Below, in pieces: positions 1 to 8,571 of a DNA stretch of 26,992 bases (position 1 is the stretch's first letter; the number at the start of each line of letters is the position of its first letter). The position numbers and the translations under genes were made by a program. This stretch comes from Planctomycetota bacterium (GTDB lineage Bacteria; Planctomycetota; SZUA-567; H5-PLA8): NCBI GenBank assembly GCA_038227875.1, contig JBBRPR010000088.1, positions 1-26,992 of the forward strand, given 5' to 3'. The notes under the pieces are model-generated. The model was given only the letters and a program-made list of their open reading frames with translations, did no database searches and was not told where the DNA came from.

Positions 1-1
1 A

Positions 2-160
2 AGGGAGTTCGGTTCGTTCTCCGGTACGCTGACGTACACACCGGGGAATGGCTACCGGCTGAAGTTGTCGCGCGACCGTTTCAAGCGGCAGATCCGCGAA
101 GCGGTCCGCAACGACGAGTTCATCGACAAGCTCGTGCACGGAATGTTCGTTGTGCGTTGA
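2..160 (+). CDS. 3' end of a hypothetical protein (partial, starts before the window)
   Basis: Frame +2 is open from base 2 (REFGSFSGTLTYTPGNGYRLKLSRDRFKRQIREAVRNDEFIDKLVHGMFVVR) to TGA at 158-160, with GC-rich third positions. Confidence 0.6.
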   Translation, partial: REFGSFSGTLTYTPGNGYRLKLSRDRFKRQIREAVRNDEFIDKLVHGMFVVR

Positions 161-363
161 GTAGTTGTTGCAAAAAGTCCGGGCGGCTCGAAGTGCTTCC
201 GCGAGTCGCCCAGACACGCATTCTCACGGGAACTGCTGCGGGTGGCCCGGCTCCTCGCGGGTTTGGGCGACTAAGACGGGAACGCCGATCTCCCGCTCTC
301 GGGTTCAGCATTCATCTTTCATCGTTCAGAATTTCAAAGGCCCCTGCTACGCGTCGTTCAGGC

Positions 364-397
364 ACGAAAAAACCGGCATCGCTGCCGGTTTTTTCGT
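364..397. terminator. Bidirectional intrinsic terminator
   Basis: acgaaaaaaccggca-tcgc-tgccggttttttcgt is a perfect 15-bp inverted repeat with A6/T6 tracts, lying between convergent genes. Confidence 0.85.
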
Positions 398-419
398 TCG
401 TTCAACAAACAGATCAGGC

Positions 420-1007
420 TTACTTGTCTTTCGGAGCTTCGTCGGCCTTGGGTGCTTCCTTCGGCGCGTCGGCCTTGGGAGCGTCCTTCGGGGCGTCAGC
501 CTTGGGGGCGTCGGTCTTCGGCGCATCGGTCTTCGGCGCTTCGGGCGTCACGGCGGCCGGCGCAGCTGCGGGACTGTGATCTCCAGCCAACAACGCCTTC
601 ATCTGCTTTTCCTGGTCCGGGCGGTCCTTCGAGGCGGTCAGATTGTCGCCGTCGCGCTGGATCGAGTACTGCAGCGGGTCGTAACCGGCCGGCCACTCGT
701 AATCTTTCTCAGGAAAGTCGATCGTTTCCTTCGGGTAGAGGCTCTTGACAACCTTTTCCCATTCCTTCTTGTCGGTCTCGGTCAGTTCGAAATTCTCAGG
801 ATACTTTTCCGGATCCTTGTTGATCGTGGTGATGTGAACGGCGCGGTCCTGCCATTCTTCCTTCTTGTCGAAGTAGTGCCACGTCTTGGCCAGATCGTCG
901 CCCAGCATCCACGTCGCCGCACCGGTGAAGATGAAGGTCAGGATAATGAGCATGGCATAGACGTTGAACGGAATCTTATCTGGAATTTTATCAGTTGTGG
1001 CTGGCAT
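420..1007 (-). CDS. Hypothetical single-pass membrane protein with a C-terminal APK(T/A)D repeat tail (195 aa)
   Basis: ATG at 1007 preceded by GGAG; hydrophobic segment VYAMLIILTFIFTGAATWML; low-complexity tail; typical codon bias. Confidence 0.8.
   Translation of the reverse strand: MPATTDKIPDKIPFNVYAMLIILTFIFTGAATWMLGDDLAKTWHYFDKKEEWQDRAVHITTINKDPEKYPENFELTETDKKEWEKVVKSLYPKETIDFPEKDYEWPAGYDPLQYSIQRDGDNLTASKDRPDQEKQMKALLAGDHSPAAAPAAVTPEAPKTDAPKTDAPKADAPKDAPKADAPKEAPKADEAPKDK
423..545 (-). repeat. Coding tandem repeat (12-18-bp units, peptide APKxD/APKD)
   Basis: Translation EAPKTDAPKTDAPKADAPKDAPKADAPKEAPKADEAPKDK. Confidence 0.85.
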
Positions 1008-1081
1008 GGCTTTAAAACTCCGACTGCTTTTTTCCGGTTGCTGCCTGCGGCCCGCTGCGGGCCGCATCCCGCCGAATCAGC

Positions 1082-1957
1082 TTAGCGCGTGATGACTTCG
1101 TCGTTGATTTCGACTTCGCGGCCTTCTTTGTTCATCAGGCCTTCGACGTAGCGCGCGGAGCTCATGTCAGGATAAACCTTCTCGACGATCACCTTGGTGA
1201 TGTACTGGTCGCCGCGCTTGATCGTGTACTGGAAGCCGGGCTTCACGCCCTGCTGCGAACCGATCGAGAGCATGACCAGCTTGATTTCCGGGCGCACGCC
1301 CAGGACGCGGCCGTCGGAGATGAACGGCTGGGTCGCGGTGGCGTCTTCACCCAGCAACTGAGCGATCGGCACGCCGTTCTTCAGGAGGCGTTCGATGCGG
1401 CTGGTCTGGAGGGCCAGGTCTTCTTCGATGCTGTGCTTGTCGCGGTTGAGGGCGGCCAGCGTCTGCTTGGTGACGTTGAGTTCGTTTTCCATTTCGGACT
1501 TTTCGTTCTTGGCGCGAACGGCGTTTTCGCGTTCGACGATGACGGCCTGCTGCTGCTTGACCACGACGCCCTTGAGCTTGACGATGTCGTCGAAGTAGCG
1601 CTTGTTTTCGCGGATGTACTCCTGGTTTTCAGCCAGCAGCATACCCTTTTCGTTCTCGGCGGTGGCCAGCTTGACCAGCGCGTCCTGCTTGGCATCGCGT
1701 TCCGCGTTGAACTTCAAACGCAGTTCCTGGTTCTGGCGCTTCTGGTCGGCGTTGATATTGGTCTGCTTCAACACCTCCAGCGAGAGGTCGCGTTCCCTCT
1801 TCTGAGCCTTGGCCACGAACTCAACGTTGTTCTTCTTCTCCAGCTCGTACATTCTCTGCCATTTGGTCTGGGCCACCCAGATGTTCATGGCGAAGATCAT
1901 GAACGTGACGGAGATCACGAGGTTGAGCACGACGAAAACTTTAGCGACAAGACTCAC
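1082..1957 (-). CDS. N-terminally anchored long coiled-coil protein with a small C-terminal beta domain (291 aa)
   Basis: GTG start with GGAGG RBS; N-terminal TM VFVVLNLVISVTFMIFAMNIWV; ~165-aa heptad-rich region; C-terminal LSIGSQQGVKPGFQYTIKRG resembles FlgT_C-like barrels of planctomycete hypothetical proteins (from recall). Confidence 0.8.
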   Translation of the reverse strand: MSLVAKVFVVLNLVISVTFMIFAMNIWVAQTKWQRMYELEKKNNVEFVAKAQKRERDLSLEVLKQTNINADQKRQNQELRLKFNAERDAKQDALVKLATAENEKGMLLAENQEYIRENKRYFDDIVKLKGVVVKQQQAVIVERENAVRAKNEKSEMENELNVTKQTLAALNRDKHSIEEDLALQTSRIERLLKNGVPIAQLLGEDATATQPFISDGRVLGVRPEIKLVMLSIGSQQGVKPGFQYTIKRGDQYITKVIVEKVYPDMSSARYVEGLMNKEGREVEINDEVITR

Positions 1958-2054
1958 GGGATATCTTCCTCCCCTTAACTATGAACACGCCTCAACGCAT
2001 TGCCATCAATGACAACAACATCAAGCGTGGTTTCTGATTGGAAAGTTCCGCGTG

Positions 2055-2082
2055 ATTATCGTGAGCGACCAAAATCTGTCAA
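2055..2082 (-). promoter_or_regulatory. Putative sigma70 promoter for the 1957 operon
   Basis: Minus strand TTGACA-N16-GATAAT with an A-tract just upstream of the -35. Confidence 0.55.
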
Positions 2083-2205
2083 GGTTTTTTCACGCCACAC
2101 GTTCGGCTCTTGTGCTGAACGTAACCCCTTGCTCAAAACGGTCACTACGGCGCTCTCACCTATGTAAAATGGGGCTTTCGACACCCGTTTAAGCTCCTTT
2201 CTATA

Positions 2206-2233
2206 TTATCGGACGCGCCGTCTTAAAAACTTA
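2206..2233 (-). promoter_or_regulatory. Possible sigma28 (FliA)-like promoter
   Basis: Minus strand TAAG-N16-TCCGATAA versus consensus TAAA-N15-GCCGATAA. Confidence 0.3.
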
Positions 2234-2511
2234 TTAGTCTTTTTTACAGACGGCTTTGCAGAAACCTCATGCATTTATAACGGGTCTTTTGTCCCGTTTA
2301 GGTGAAATTTGACCCTCAAAGCGCAAAGTTTGAATGCCAGCCGGGCAAGATCGTCTTTACGTAGCACGTGCGCCCCCTTATAAGCGTAGCCCTTGGATTG
2401 GCAGCCCTCGGAAAAAAATCCGGGCCTACGCCGTAAAATGCCGTTTCTGCCCGGCCTTTTACGGAGACGCCCGGCAAAATTTGAGTTTTCAACGGGCTGC
2501 CGGGAAACACC

Positions 2512-3633
2512 ATGTTCGCACTGGCTTTACGCATCATCTTTCACCAACCTCTGCGCTACATTGTGGCGCTGGCCGGCATTTCCGTCGCCGCGGGCCTGGC
2601 CTTTATCCAGCTGGGCCTCTACGTCGGTTTCAAAGAAAATGCCTCCATTATTGTGGACCATACCGACGCGGACATCTGGATCTGCTCCAAGTTTCACGAA
2701 AACTTCGACTTCCCCAAGCCGCTCAACCCCCGCGTGCTCGACATTGCCCGCTCCACGCGCGGCGTCCGGGCCGCCTACCCCATGCTGATCGTGTTCAGCA
2801 AATGGAAGCTTAAAGACGGCGCGGAAAAGACCGTCCAGGTCGTCGGCTACGATGTCGACCATAAGATGGGACGTCCCTGGCAGATGCTCTGCGGCTTTCC
2901 CGATGAACTTTCCGACCCCGGCGCCGTCACCGTCGACACCACCGCCGCCCGCAAACTCAACGATGCGGACATCGGCACGACCACGGAGATCGGCCAGGTC
3001 AGCGCGCAGGTCGTGGGCATCACCGACGGCATCCGTTCGTTCCAGGGCAACCCGATGATCTTCACCGACCTGAACAACGCCCGCTCGTTCGGGCATCTCA
3101 GTTCGGATGCGATGCATTATGTCATCGTGCGGCTCGACCAGACCGCCGATAAGACCGAAGTGCTCAACAATCTCCGCAACATCGAATACGCCGAAGCCTA
3201 CACCAAGGAAGAATTCTCGAAGAAAGCCCAGGATTACTGGCTCAACGCCACCGGCGCCGGACCGGCGCTGGCAATGTCAGCGCTGATGGGCCTGATCGTC
3301 GGCGTGGTCGTCGCCGGCCAGGTGCTCTACACGTCGACGCTCGAGCACTTGAAGGAATACGGCACGCTGAAGGCAATGGGCGCGTCGAATTTCCAGGTGA
3401 CCGGCGCGATCGTTTCGCAGGCGATGGTCGGCGCGCTACCGTCGCACGTGATCGCCGGCGGGCTGCTGATGGTCGCGCAGCGTTTCATCGGCGGAAAAGG
3501 CATTCACATTTCGATGGATTTCAGAACGTATTGCATCCTGGGGTTGTTTACGGTGGGTGTCTGTGTCGTTGCGTCAATGCTGTCGGTCTTCAAGGTGATG
3601 CGCCTGGAGCCGGCAGAGGTCTTTAAGGGATAG
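2512..3633 (+). CDS. ABC transporter permease, DevC/FtsX/MacB-like (373 aa)
   Basis: N-terminal TM, then 'IVDHTDADIWI', a periplasmic domain, and a C-terminal FtsX-type motif EHLKEYGTLKAMGAS with three TMs; ends LEPAEVFKG. Confidence 0.9.
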   Translation: MFALALRIIFHQPLRYIVALAGISVAAGLAFIQLGLYVGFKENASIIVDHTDADIWICSKFHENFDFPKPLNPRVLDIARSTRGVRAAYPMLIVFSKWKLKDGAEKTVQVVGYDVDHKMGRPWQMLCGFPDELSDPGAVTVDTTAARKLNDADIGTTTEIGQVSAQVVGITDGIRSFQGNPMIFTDLNNARSFGHLSSDAMHYVIVRLDQTADKTEVLNNLRNIEYAEAYTKEEFSKKAQDYWLNATGAGPALAMSALMGLIVGVVVAGQVLYTSTLEHLKEYGTLKAMGASNFQVTGAIVSQAMVGALPSHVIAGGLLMVAQRFIGGKGIHISMDFRTYCILGLFTVGVCVVASMLSVFKVMRLEPAEVFKG

Positions 3634-3635
3634 CC

Positions 3636-5321
3636 ATGTTGCGTTCGATTGCCTGGGTTGTAGTGCTGCTGATGCTGCTGGGTCTGGCGGCGGTGGTGTA
3701 TCTTGGCGGAACCAAAGGTCCGCCGGATGAAACGTACGTCACCACCATCGGCATGGTGAAGCGTTCGGTGAAGGGGCTGGGCCGCGTCGAAGGCGTCGCC
3801 GAGTCGAACATGTCGTTTGGCCGCCCCGGCCGCCTGGACACGGTGCTGGTAACCGAAGGCCAGGAAGTGGACGTGAACGATATTCTCGCCGAGATGAACC
3901 CGTCGGAAGTCGACGCGCAGATCGAGCAGGCGCAGGCCGACCTGAAGACTGCCAAGGCGAAACTGGAACTGGTGCGCGTGCAGCGCGCTCCGCAGGTAAT
4001 CGATCAGGCCAATGAAAAGCTGCGGCAGGCGACCGATGAAATCAAATCCGCCGAAGCCCGGTTGAAGGCGCTGGAAGATCCGCCGATGCCGCCGCCGGCG
4101 ACCAAGTCGCAGATCGAAGAGCAGGACTTCGTGATCCTCAAGGAAGTCCAGAACGTGGCGCTGGCGCAGGCGGCATTGAAGCAACTGAAGTCCTCGCCCA
4201 CCTCCGACGAACTGGCTGTCGCGGCCGCCAACGTCCGCGCGGCGCAGATCGACCTGGACGGCGCGATGAAAAAGTACGACGGCGTCAAGCCCGGCGTTTT
4301 TGGCGGCACGTCGCCAATCAAAACCGACGCACAGATCGCTGTCGACCGGGCGCAGGCTCAGGTGGAATTGCAGCAGGCGCAGTACGACCGCGTGAAACGC
4401 GGCCCCCGCCCCGAAGAAATCGAAGCGGCCACCGCGCGCGTGGCGCTGGCCCAGATCCAACTCGACAGCGCCAGGGCCGCGAAAGCGCGCCTGGAATCGC
4501 CGGAAAAGCCGCCGAAGGCGCCGACGTATGAAATCGAAGGCGCCCGCGTGGAACTGCTGAAGGCGCGGTCGCGCGAAAACATCGCGCGGCTGGTCGTCGA
4601 TGAACTCAAGCGCGGCACCGAACCGGCCGAAGTCCATCTCGCCGAAGCCGCCGTGGAAAAAGCCAACGCCTCGCTGGAATGGCTGAAGAAGAGCCGCGAA
4701 GGCCTGAAGCTGCGCGCGCCGTTTGCCGGCATCATCACCCATCGCCTGTCGGAACCGGGCAGCATGGTCCAGGCGACGACGACGATCGTCTCGATCATCG
4801 ACTTCACCACCAAGCGCGTGCGCGCGGAGTTTGACATCCTGCGCCTGGGCGAAATCAAGCAGGGCATGCACGTGGATCTTTCCAGCCGCGCGCTGGGTAA
4901 GGAGACACTCGACGGCAAGATCGACAAGATCCTGGGCGTCGGCACGCGCAAGCTGACCAACGACGATCCTGCCGCGGTGAAGGGCGGCGAAGTGGCCGAA
5001 GTCATCATCACGCTCGACGAACCCAAGAGCGACCTGAAGAAGGCCGCGTTCGCCGTGCTGCGTCCCGGCCTGCGCATGGATTCCGACGTGACGCTGGACA
5101 AACGCGACAACGTGATCATCGCGCCGAAGGCCTTCATCTCGCAGAAGGACGGCAAGGAATACGTCCAGACGCTGGAAGGCAAAGCCGGCCCGAACGCATC
5201 CGACAGCATTAAACAGCGCGACGTGACCACCGGCATGCGCGACGAACAGTACGCGGAGATCACCAAAGGCTTGAGCGAAGGGGATGTGATCGTGAAGCCG
5301 AAGACGATTAACCCCCACTGA
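3636..5321 (+). CDS. HlyD/DevB/MacA-type periplasmic adaptor (membrane fusion protein) with an extended coiled coil (561 aa)
   Basis: N-terminal TM; lipoyl half motifs PGRLDTVLVTEGQEV and LRAPFAGII; LRPGLRMDSDV; C-terminal VTTGMRDEQYAEITKGLSEGDVIV. Confidence 0.9.
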   Translation: MLRSIAWVVVLLMLLGLAAVVYLGGTKGPPDETYVTTIGMVKRSVKGLGRVEGVAESNMSFGRPGRLDTVLVTEGQEVDVNDILAEMNPSEVDAQIEQAQADLKTAKAKLELVRVQRAPQVIDQANEKLRQATDEIKSAEARLKALEDPPMPPPATKSQIEEQDFVILKEVQNVALAQAALKQLKSSPTSDELAVAAANVRAAQIDLDGAMKKYDGVKPGVFGGTSPIKTDAQIAVDRAQAQVELQQAQYDRVKRGPRPEEIEAATARVALAQIQLDSARAAKARLESPEKPPKAPTYEIEGARVELLKARSRENIARLVVDELKRGTEPAEVHLAEAAVEKANASLEWLKKSREGLKLRAPFAGIITHRLSEPGSMVQATTTIVSIIDFTTKRVRAEFDILRLGEIKQGMHVDLSSRALGKETLDGKIDKILGVGTRKLTNDDPAAVKGGEVAEVIITLDEPKSDLKKAAFAVLRPGLRMDSDVTLDKRDNVIIAPKAFISQKDGKEYVQTLEGKAGPNASDSIKQRDVTTGMRDEQYAEITKGLSEGDVIVKPKTINPH

Positions 5322-5793
5322 GTTTTTGATCTCACGCAAAGCCGCGAAGTCGCAAAGAACGGCGCTGGGTGAGGACGTTTTGATTTCGGCTTGAGCTCAA
5401 ATCACAAGCCCGAGTGCCACCCGTCTCGCCGTTGAGAGGGGTGCGGGAGTCGCGCGGCGCTTACAATTTGAGCCGCCAGTGAGAACTCGCGGACAACCGT
5501 CGCCCCTGTAATCGCTCAGATCGCGTTGTTTCCGAATCATCGTTACCAAACGAACCAGCGTATTCAATGTCTCACCATCCGATCCACCTGTTCGCGTGGG
5601 CGGCACTGGTGGCTAAACAGCCATCCACCAGTGGCACACAACAGCAGTCGAAATTACAAACGCTGCGTCTAACTCGCACCCGTCTCAACGGCGAGACGGG
5701 TGGCACCCTCGTTTGTGATTTGTGCTCAAGCCGAATTCATGACGTCCACCACAAAAGCTGTTCTTTGCGGCTTTGCGTGAGATTAAAAACTCA
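5319..5793. repeat. Long inverted-repeat element (MITE/REPIN-like); arms ~5319-5472 and ~5648-5793, with three REP-like hairpins
   Basis: The left arm tgagtttttgatctcacgcaaagc...ttcggcttgagctcaaatcacaa...gtgccacccgtctcgccgttgagaggggtgcg matches the reverse complement of the right arm; hairpins at 5414-5444, 5603-5637 and 5676-5706. Confidence 0.9.
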
Positions 5794-6606
5794 CGAACCG
5801 GCGCCGGAATATCGCCGCACGCCTGAATGCCACACGGCTCGCCCGATTATCAGCATCAAGATCCCAACCAGCGGCACGATGTACGAGAATTCCTTGAACG
5901 CGGCGCCGCGTTCGACGAAGGCGGCGGACGGGTAGAACGCCACGAACCCAAACGGGATGATCCACGTCAGCAGGATGCGGATGAAGGGGCGGTAGATGTT
6001 CAGCGGGTAGCGCGCGAAGTTGAGCAGGTTATAGACGGGTGGCAGAATTGTCACGCGGTCTTCGGTCCAGAATGAGATCGACGTCAGGCCCAGGAAGACG
6101 CCGGTCAGTACGCCCCACGCGCCGAAGACGCTCGCGAAAAATTGGAGCACGATCAGCGGCGTGATCGGGGGCCCAACGGCGCGCCACGCGTAGGTCAGCA
6201 CCGCGATGCCCAGCGTCAGATCGGCGAGGAAATCGAAGCTGATCCCTTCAAGAATAAGCTGAAAGAGCGACGAGAGCGGGCGCAGCAGCAGGCGATCGAG
6301 TTCGCCCTGGACGATGTATTTGTCGGAGAACATGTAGAAGTTCATCGCGAAGGCATCGAAGAGCGCCATGGGCAGCAGCGAAAAGCCGTAGATAAAAAAT
6401 ACTTCCTCGCGCGTCCAGCCTTTCATCGACTGGAACGAATTGAAGAGGAACGTCAGCGTCAGCAACCCGGTCGCCTGTTGCAGCAGCGAGGCGAGGCATT
6501 CCATTAAAAAATCGGCGCGGTACTCCATGCGCATCTTCAGCGCCTGGAGAAAGTAGAAGCCCGCGATCTTCAAATTGTAAAGCAGCCGCCGCATCGATTT
6601 CGTCAT
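5791..6606 (-). CDS. ABC-2 family exporter permease (DUF990-type)
   Basis: MEYRADFL, GWTREEVFFIYG, IVQGELDRLLLRPLS, FARYPLNIY, YSGAGS; ATG overlaps the upstream stop (ATGA). Confidence 0.9.
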   Translation of the reverse strand: MTKSMRRLLYNLKIAGFYFLQALKMRMEYRADFLMECLASLLQQATGLLTLTFLFNSFQSMKGWTREEVFFIYGFSLLPMALFDAFAMNFYMFSDKYIVQGELDRLLLRPLSSLFQLILEGISFDFLADLTLGIAVLTYAWRAVGPPITPLIVLQFFASVFGAWGVLTGVFLGLTSISFWTEDRVTILPPVYNLLNFARYPLNIYRPFIRILLTWIIPFGFVAFYPSAAFVERGAAFKEFSYIVPLVGILMLIIGRAVWHSGVRRYSGAGS

Positions 6607-7484
6607 CCACCCAGTATGCTCAGGCGCCGCCGCACGGCGTTCCACATCCACGAACACAGCAGCAGCAGCGCGATCGTCCACGCCGTCTGCAGGATCAGCT
6701 CGCGCTGCAGTTGGTCCGTGGGGTAGCGGCCGAGGTAAATGTTCATCGGCGTGTCGGCCAGGCCTTTGAACGGCAGCAGATTGAAGACGCGCTGCAGCGG
6801 CGCGGGGAAGAACGTCAGCGGCAGCAGCAGCCCGGACATGAACTGCAGCAGCATGAACTTGGCCCAGAGGAAGCCCTGGATTTTCTCGGTGTACGCGGCG
6901 CAGAGTCCGGTCAGAAAATTCACGGCGAAGAAAATATTGAAAGCCAGCACGATGCTGTAAGCGAAAAGCACGCCGCTGAGCGCGCTGGCCGGCGGCTGGA
7001 TGTTGAAGATCCAGAGCGCCAGCGCCAACACCGGCAGCGCCATAAAGAAGATGCGGAAAACGGCTTCACCCACCGCCGAGCCGTAAAATTGCAGAAACAG
7101 CGACGTCGGGCGCATCAGGTCGGTGCTGATTTCGCCCTTGTTGATCCGCGCGGCGAGAATGTTGTCGGAATTGGAAAAGTACGCGCTGCGCACAATCCAG
7201 TTCACGCAGACGTACGTCTGCATTTCGGGGAGCGTCCAGCCCGAGCGTACGACGCCGGGGTTGCTGTTAAAGAGCGCGTCCCACAAATAGTAATTCACCG
7301 CGCAGTACGTGATGTAATTGACGATGCCGATGACGTAGCGCACGCGATGCGCGAGCATGATCGCGAAGCTGGACTTCGCGAAAACCAGCGAGAGCGAGAA
7401 CGTGTTGAGCAGCCGCGCTCCAAAGGTGTGGGGGCGCTCGGCAGGCGTGAAGGACGGAGCATCGATCAGCGCGCCGTTGCCCAC
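6603..7484 (-). CDS. ABC-2 family exporter permease (DUF990-type)
   Basis: INKGEISTDLMRPTS, SGLLLPLTFFP, PMNIYLG, ends LSILGG; about six TMs; GTG start with GGGAG RBS. Confidence 0.9.
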   Translation of the reverse strand: MGNGALIDAPSFTPAERPHTFGARLLNTFSLSLVFAKSSFAIMLAHRVRYVIGIVNYITYCAVNYYLWDALFNSNPGVVRSGWTLPEMQTYVCVNWIVRSAYFSNSDNILAARINKGEISTDLMRPTSLFLQFYGSAVGEAVFRIFFMALPVLALALWIFNIQPPASALSGVLFAYSIVLAFNIFFAVNFLTGLCAAYTEKIQGFLWAKFMLLQFMSGLLLPLTFFPAPLQRVFNLLPFKGLADTPMNIYLGRYPTDQLQRELILQTAWTIALLLLCSWMWNAVRRRLSILGG

Positions 7485-7490
7485 TGGACG

Positions 7491-8498
7491 CTATCTCCCC
7501 GCCGCGTAGATGCGCTGCACAACCTGCTCGATATTGGCTTCTTCGATCGCGATGTCCTGGATGTTCTCGCCGTAGCGGTCGAGCACCGAGCGGATGACTT
7601 CGGCGCGGTGTGGCGCTTCCTTGCTGAGCGTCGCGGTGAGCGTCGCGCCCTTGGTGTCCCAGGCGATGCCCTGCACCGGCAGGCCTTCGGGCGTCCAGCC
7701 AGTTTCCACCGAGCGCGTGAGCGAGAACGTGAGCTGGCCAGTGTCGGTGGCTTTCGCGCGGAGTTCGTCGAGCGTGCCGTCGAAGATGATCTTTCCCTTG
7801 TCGAGAATGATCACGCGCGAACAGAGCTCCTCAATGTCGCGCAGGTCGTGCGTGGTGAGGATCACGGTGACTTTCCGTTCGCGGTTGATCCGTTTCACGA
7901 ACTCGCGGATCGACTGCTTGGCAGCGACGTCGAGCCCGATGGTCGGTTCATCGAGGAACAGGATCGGCGGCCCGTGAATCAGCGAGGCGGCCAGTTCGCA
8001 GCGCATTTTCTGGCCGAGCGAGAGCTTGCGCGCGGGCGTTTTGATGAAGTCGCTGAGCTTCAAGACGTGTTCGAATTCTTCCATGCGCGCGGCGTATTCG
8101 GCCGGCGGCACGTTGTAGATGCGCGCGAGCAAGCGGAGCGATTCGCCGGCGGCCAGATCCCACCAGAGCTGCGAGCGCTGGCCGAAGACCGCGCCGATGT
8201 GTTGGACGTGTTCTTCGCGGTCGATCCACGGCACGCGGCCGTCGACTTTCACGATCCCGGAGGACGGGAACAGGATGCCGCAGAGCGCCTTGATCGTGGT
8301 CGACTTGCCCGCGCCGTTGGCGCCGATGTAGCCGACCATTTCGCCGCGCTGAATTTCAAACGAGACGCCGTCGACGGCGCGGAGCGTTTTGTACTCGCGC
8401 GAAAACAAATCCTTGAACGCCCCGCCAATGCCGGCGCGGCGGTCGTACGTTTTGTATTCCTTCACGAGGTCTTTGACGACAATCAAGGGTGCGGACAT
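7491..8498 (-). CDS. ABC transporter ATP-binding protein (ABC-2/NatA-like)
   Basis: Walker A GANGAGKST, signature LSLGQ, Walker B LFLDEPT, H-loop TTHD. Confidence 0.95.
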   Translation of the reverse strand: MSAPLIVVKDLVKEYKTYDRRAGIGGAFKDLFSREYKTLRAVDGVSFEIQRGEMVGYIGANGAGKSTTIKALCGILFPSSGIVKVDGRVPWIDREEHVQHIGAVFGQRSQLWWDLAAGESLRLLARIYNVPPAEYAARMEEFEHVLKLSDFIKTPARKLSLGQKMRCELAASLIHGPPILFLDEPTIGLDVAAKQSIREFVKRINRERKVTVILTTHDLRDIEELCSRVIILDKGKIIFDGTLDELRAKATDTGQLTFSLTRSVETGWTPEGLPVQGIAWDTKGATLTATLSKEAPHRAEVIRSVLDRYGENIQDIAIEEANIEQVVQRIYAAGR

Positions 8499-8504
8499 GC
8501 GTGT

Positions 8505-8532
8505 AGTTTAGCAAGTGCCCACAGAATGGCGA
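8505..8532 (-). promoter_or_regulatory. Putative extended -10 sigma70 promoter giving a leaderless mRNA for the ABC operon
   Basis: Minus strand TCGCCA-N16-TAAACT with TG at the extended -10 position; ATG follows 6 nt after the -10; no Shine-Dalgarno. Confidence 0.45.
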
Positions 8533-8571
8533 TGTCAGATGGGTCTAGCGGTATCGTGCGAAGTGCCCTTT

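Noticed and set aside
423..545. Repeat array as a possible CRISPR
   Set aside because: In-frame coding repeats without unique spacers; no cas genes in the window
3504..5339. 611-aa and 325-aa minus-strand ORFs
   Set aside because: Antisense shadows of the GC-biased adaptor gene; no motifs
5397..5935. 69-aa and 122-aa ORFs across the inverted-repeat element
   Set aside because: They run through repeat arms, lack RBSs and show no transposase or other motifs
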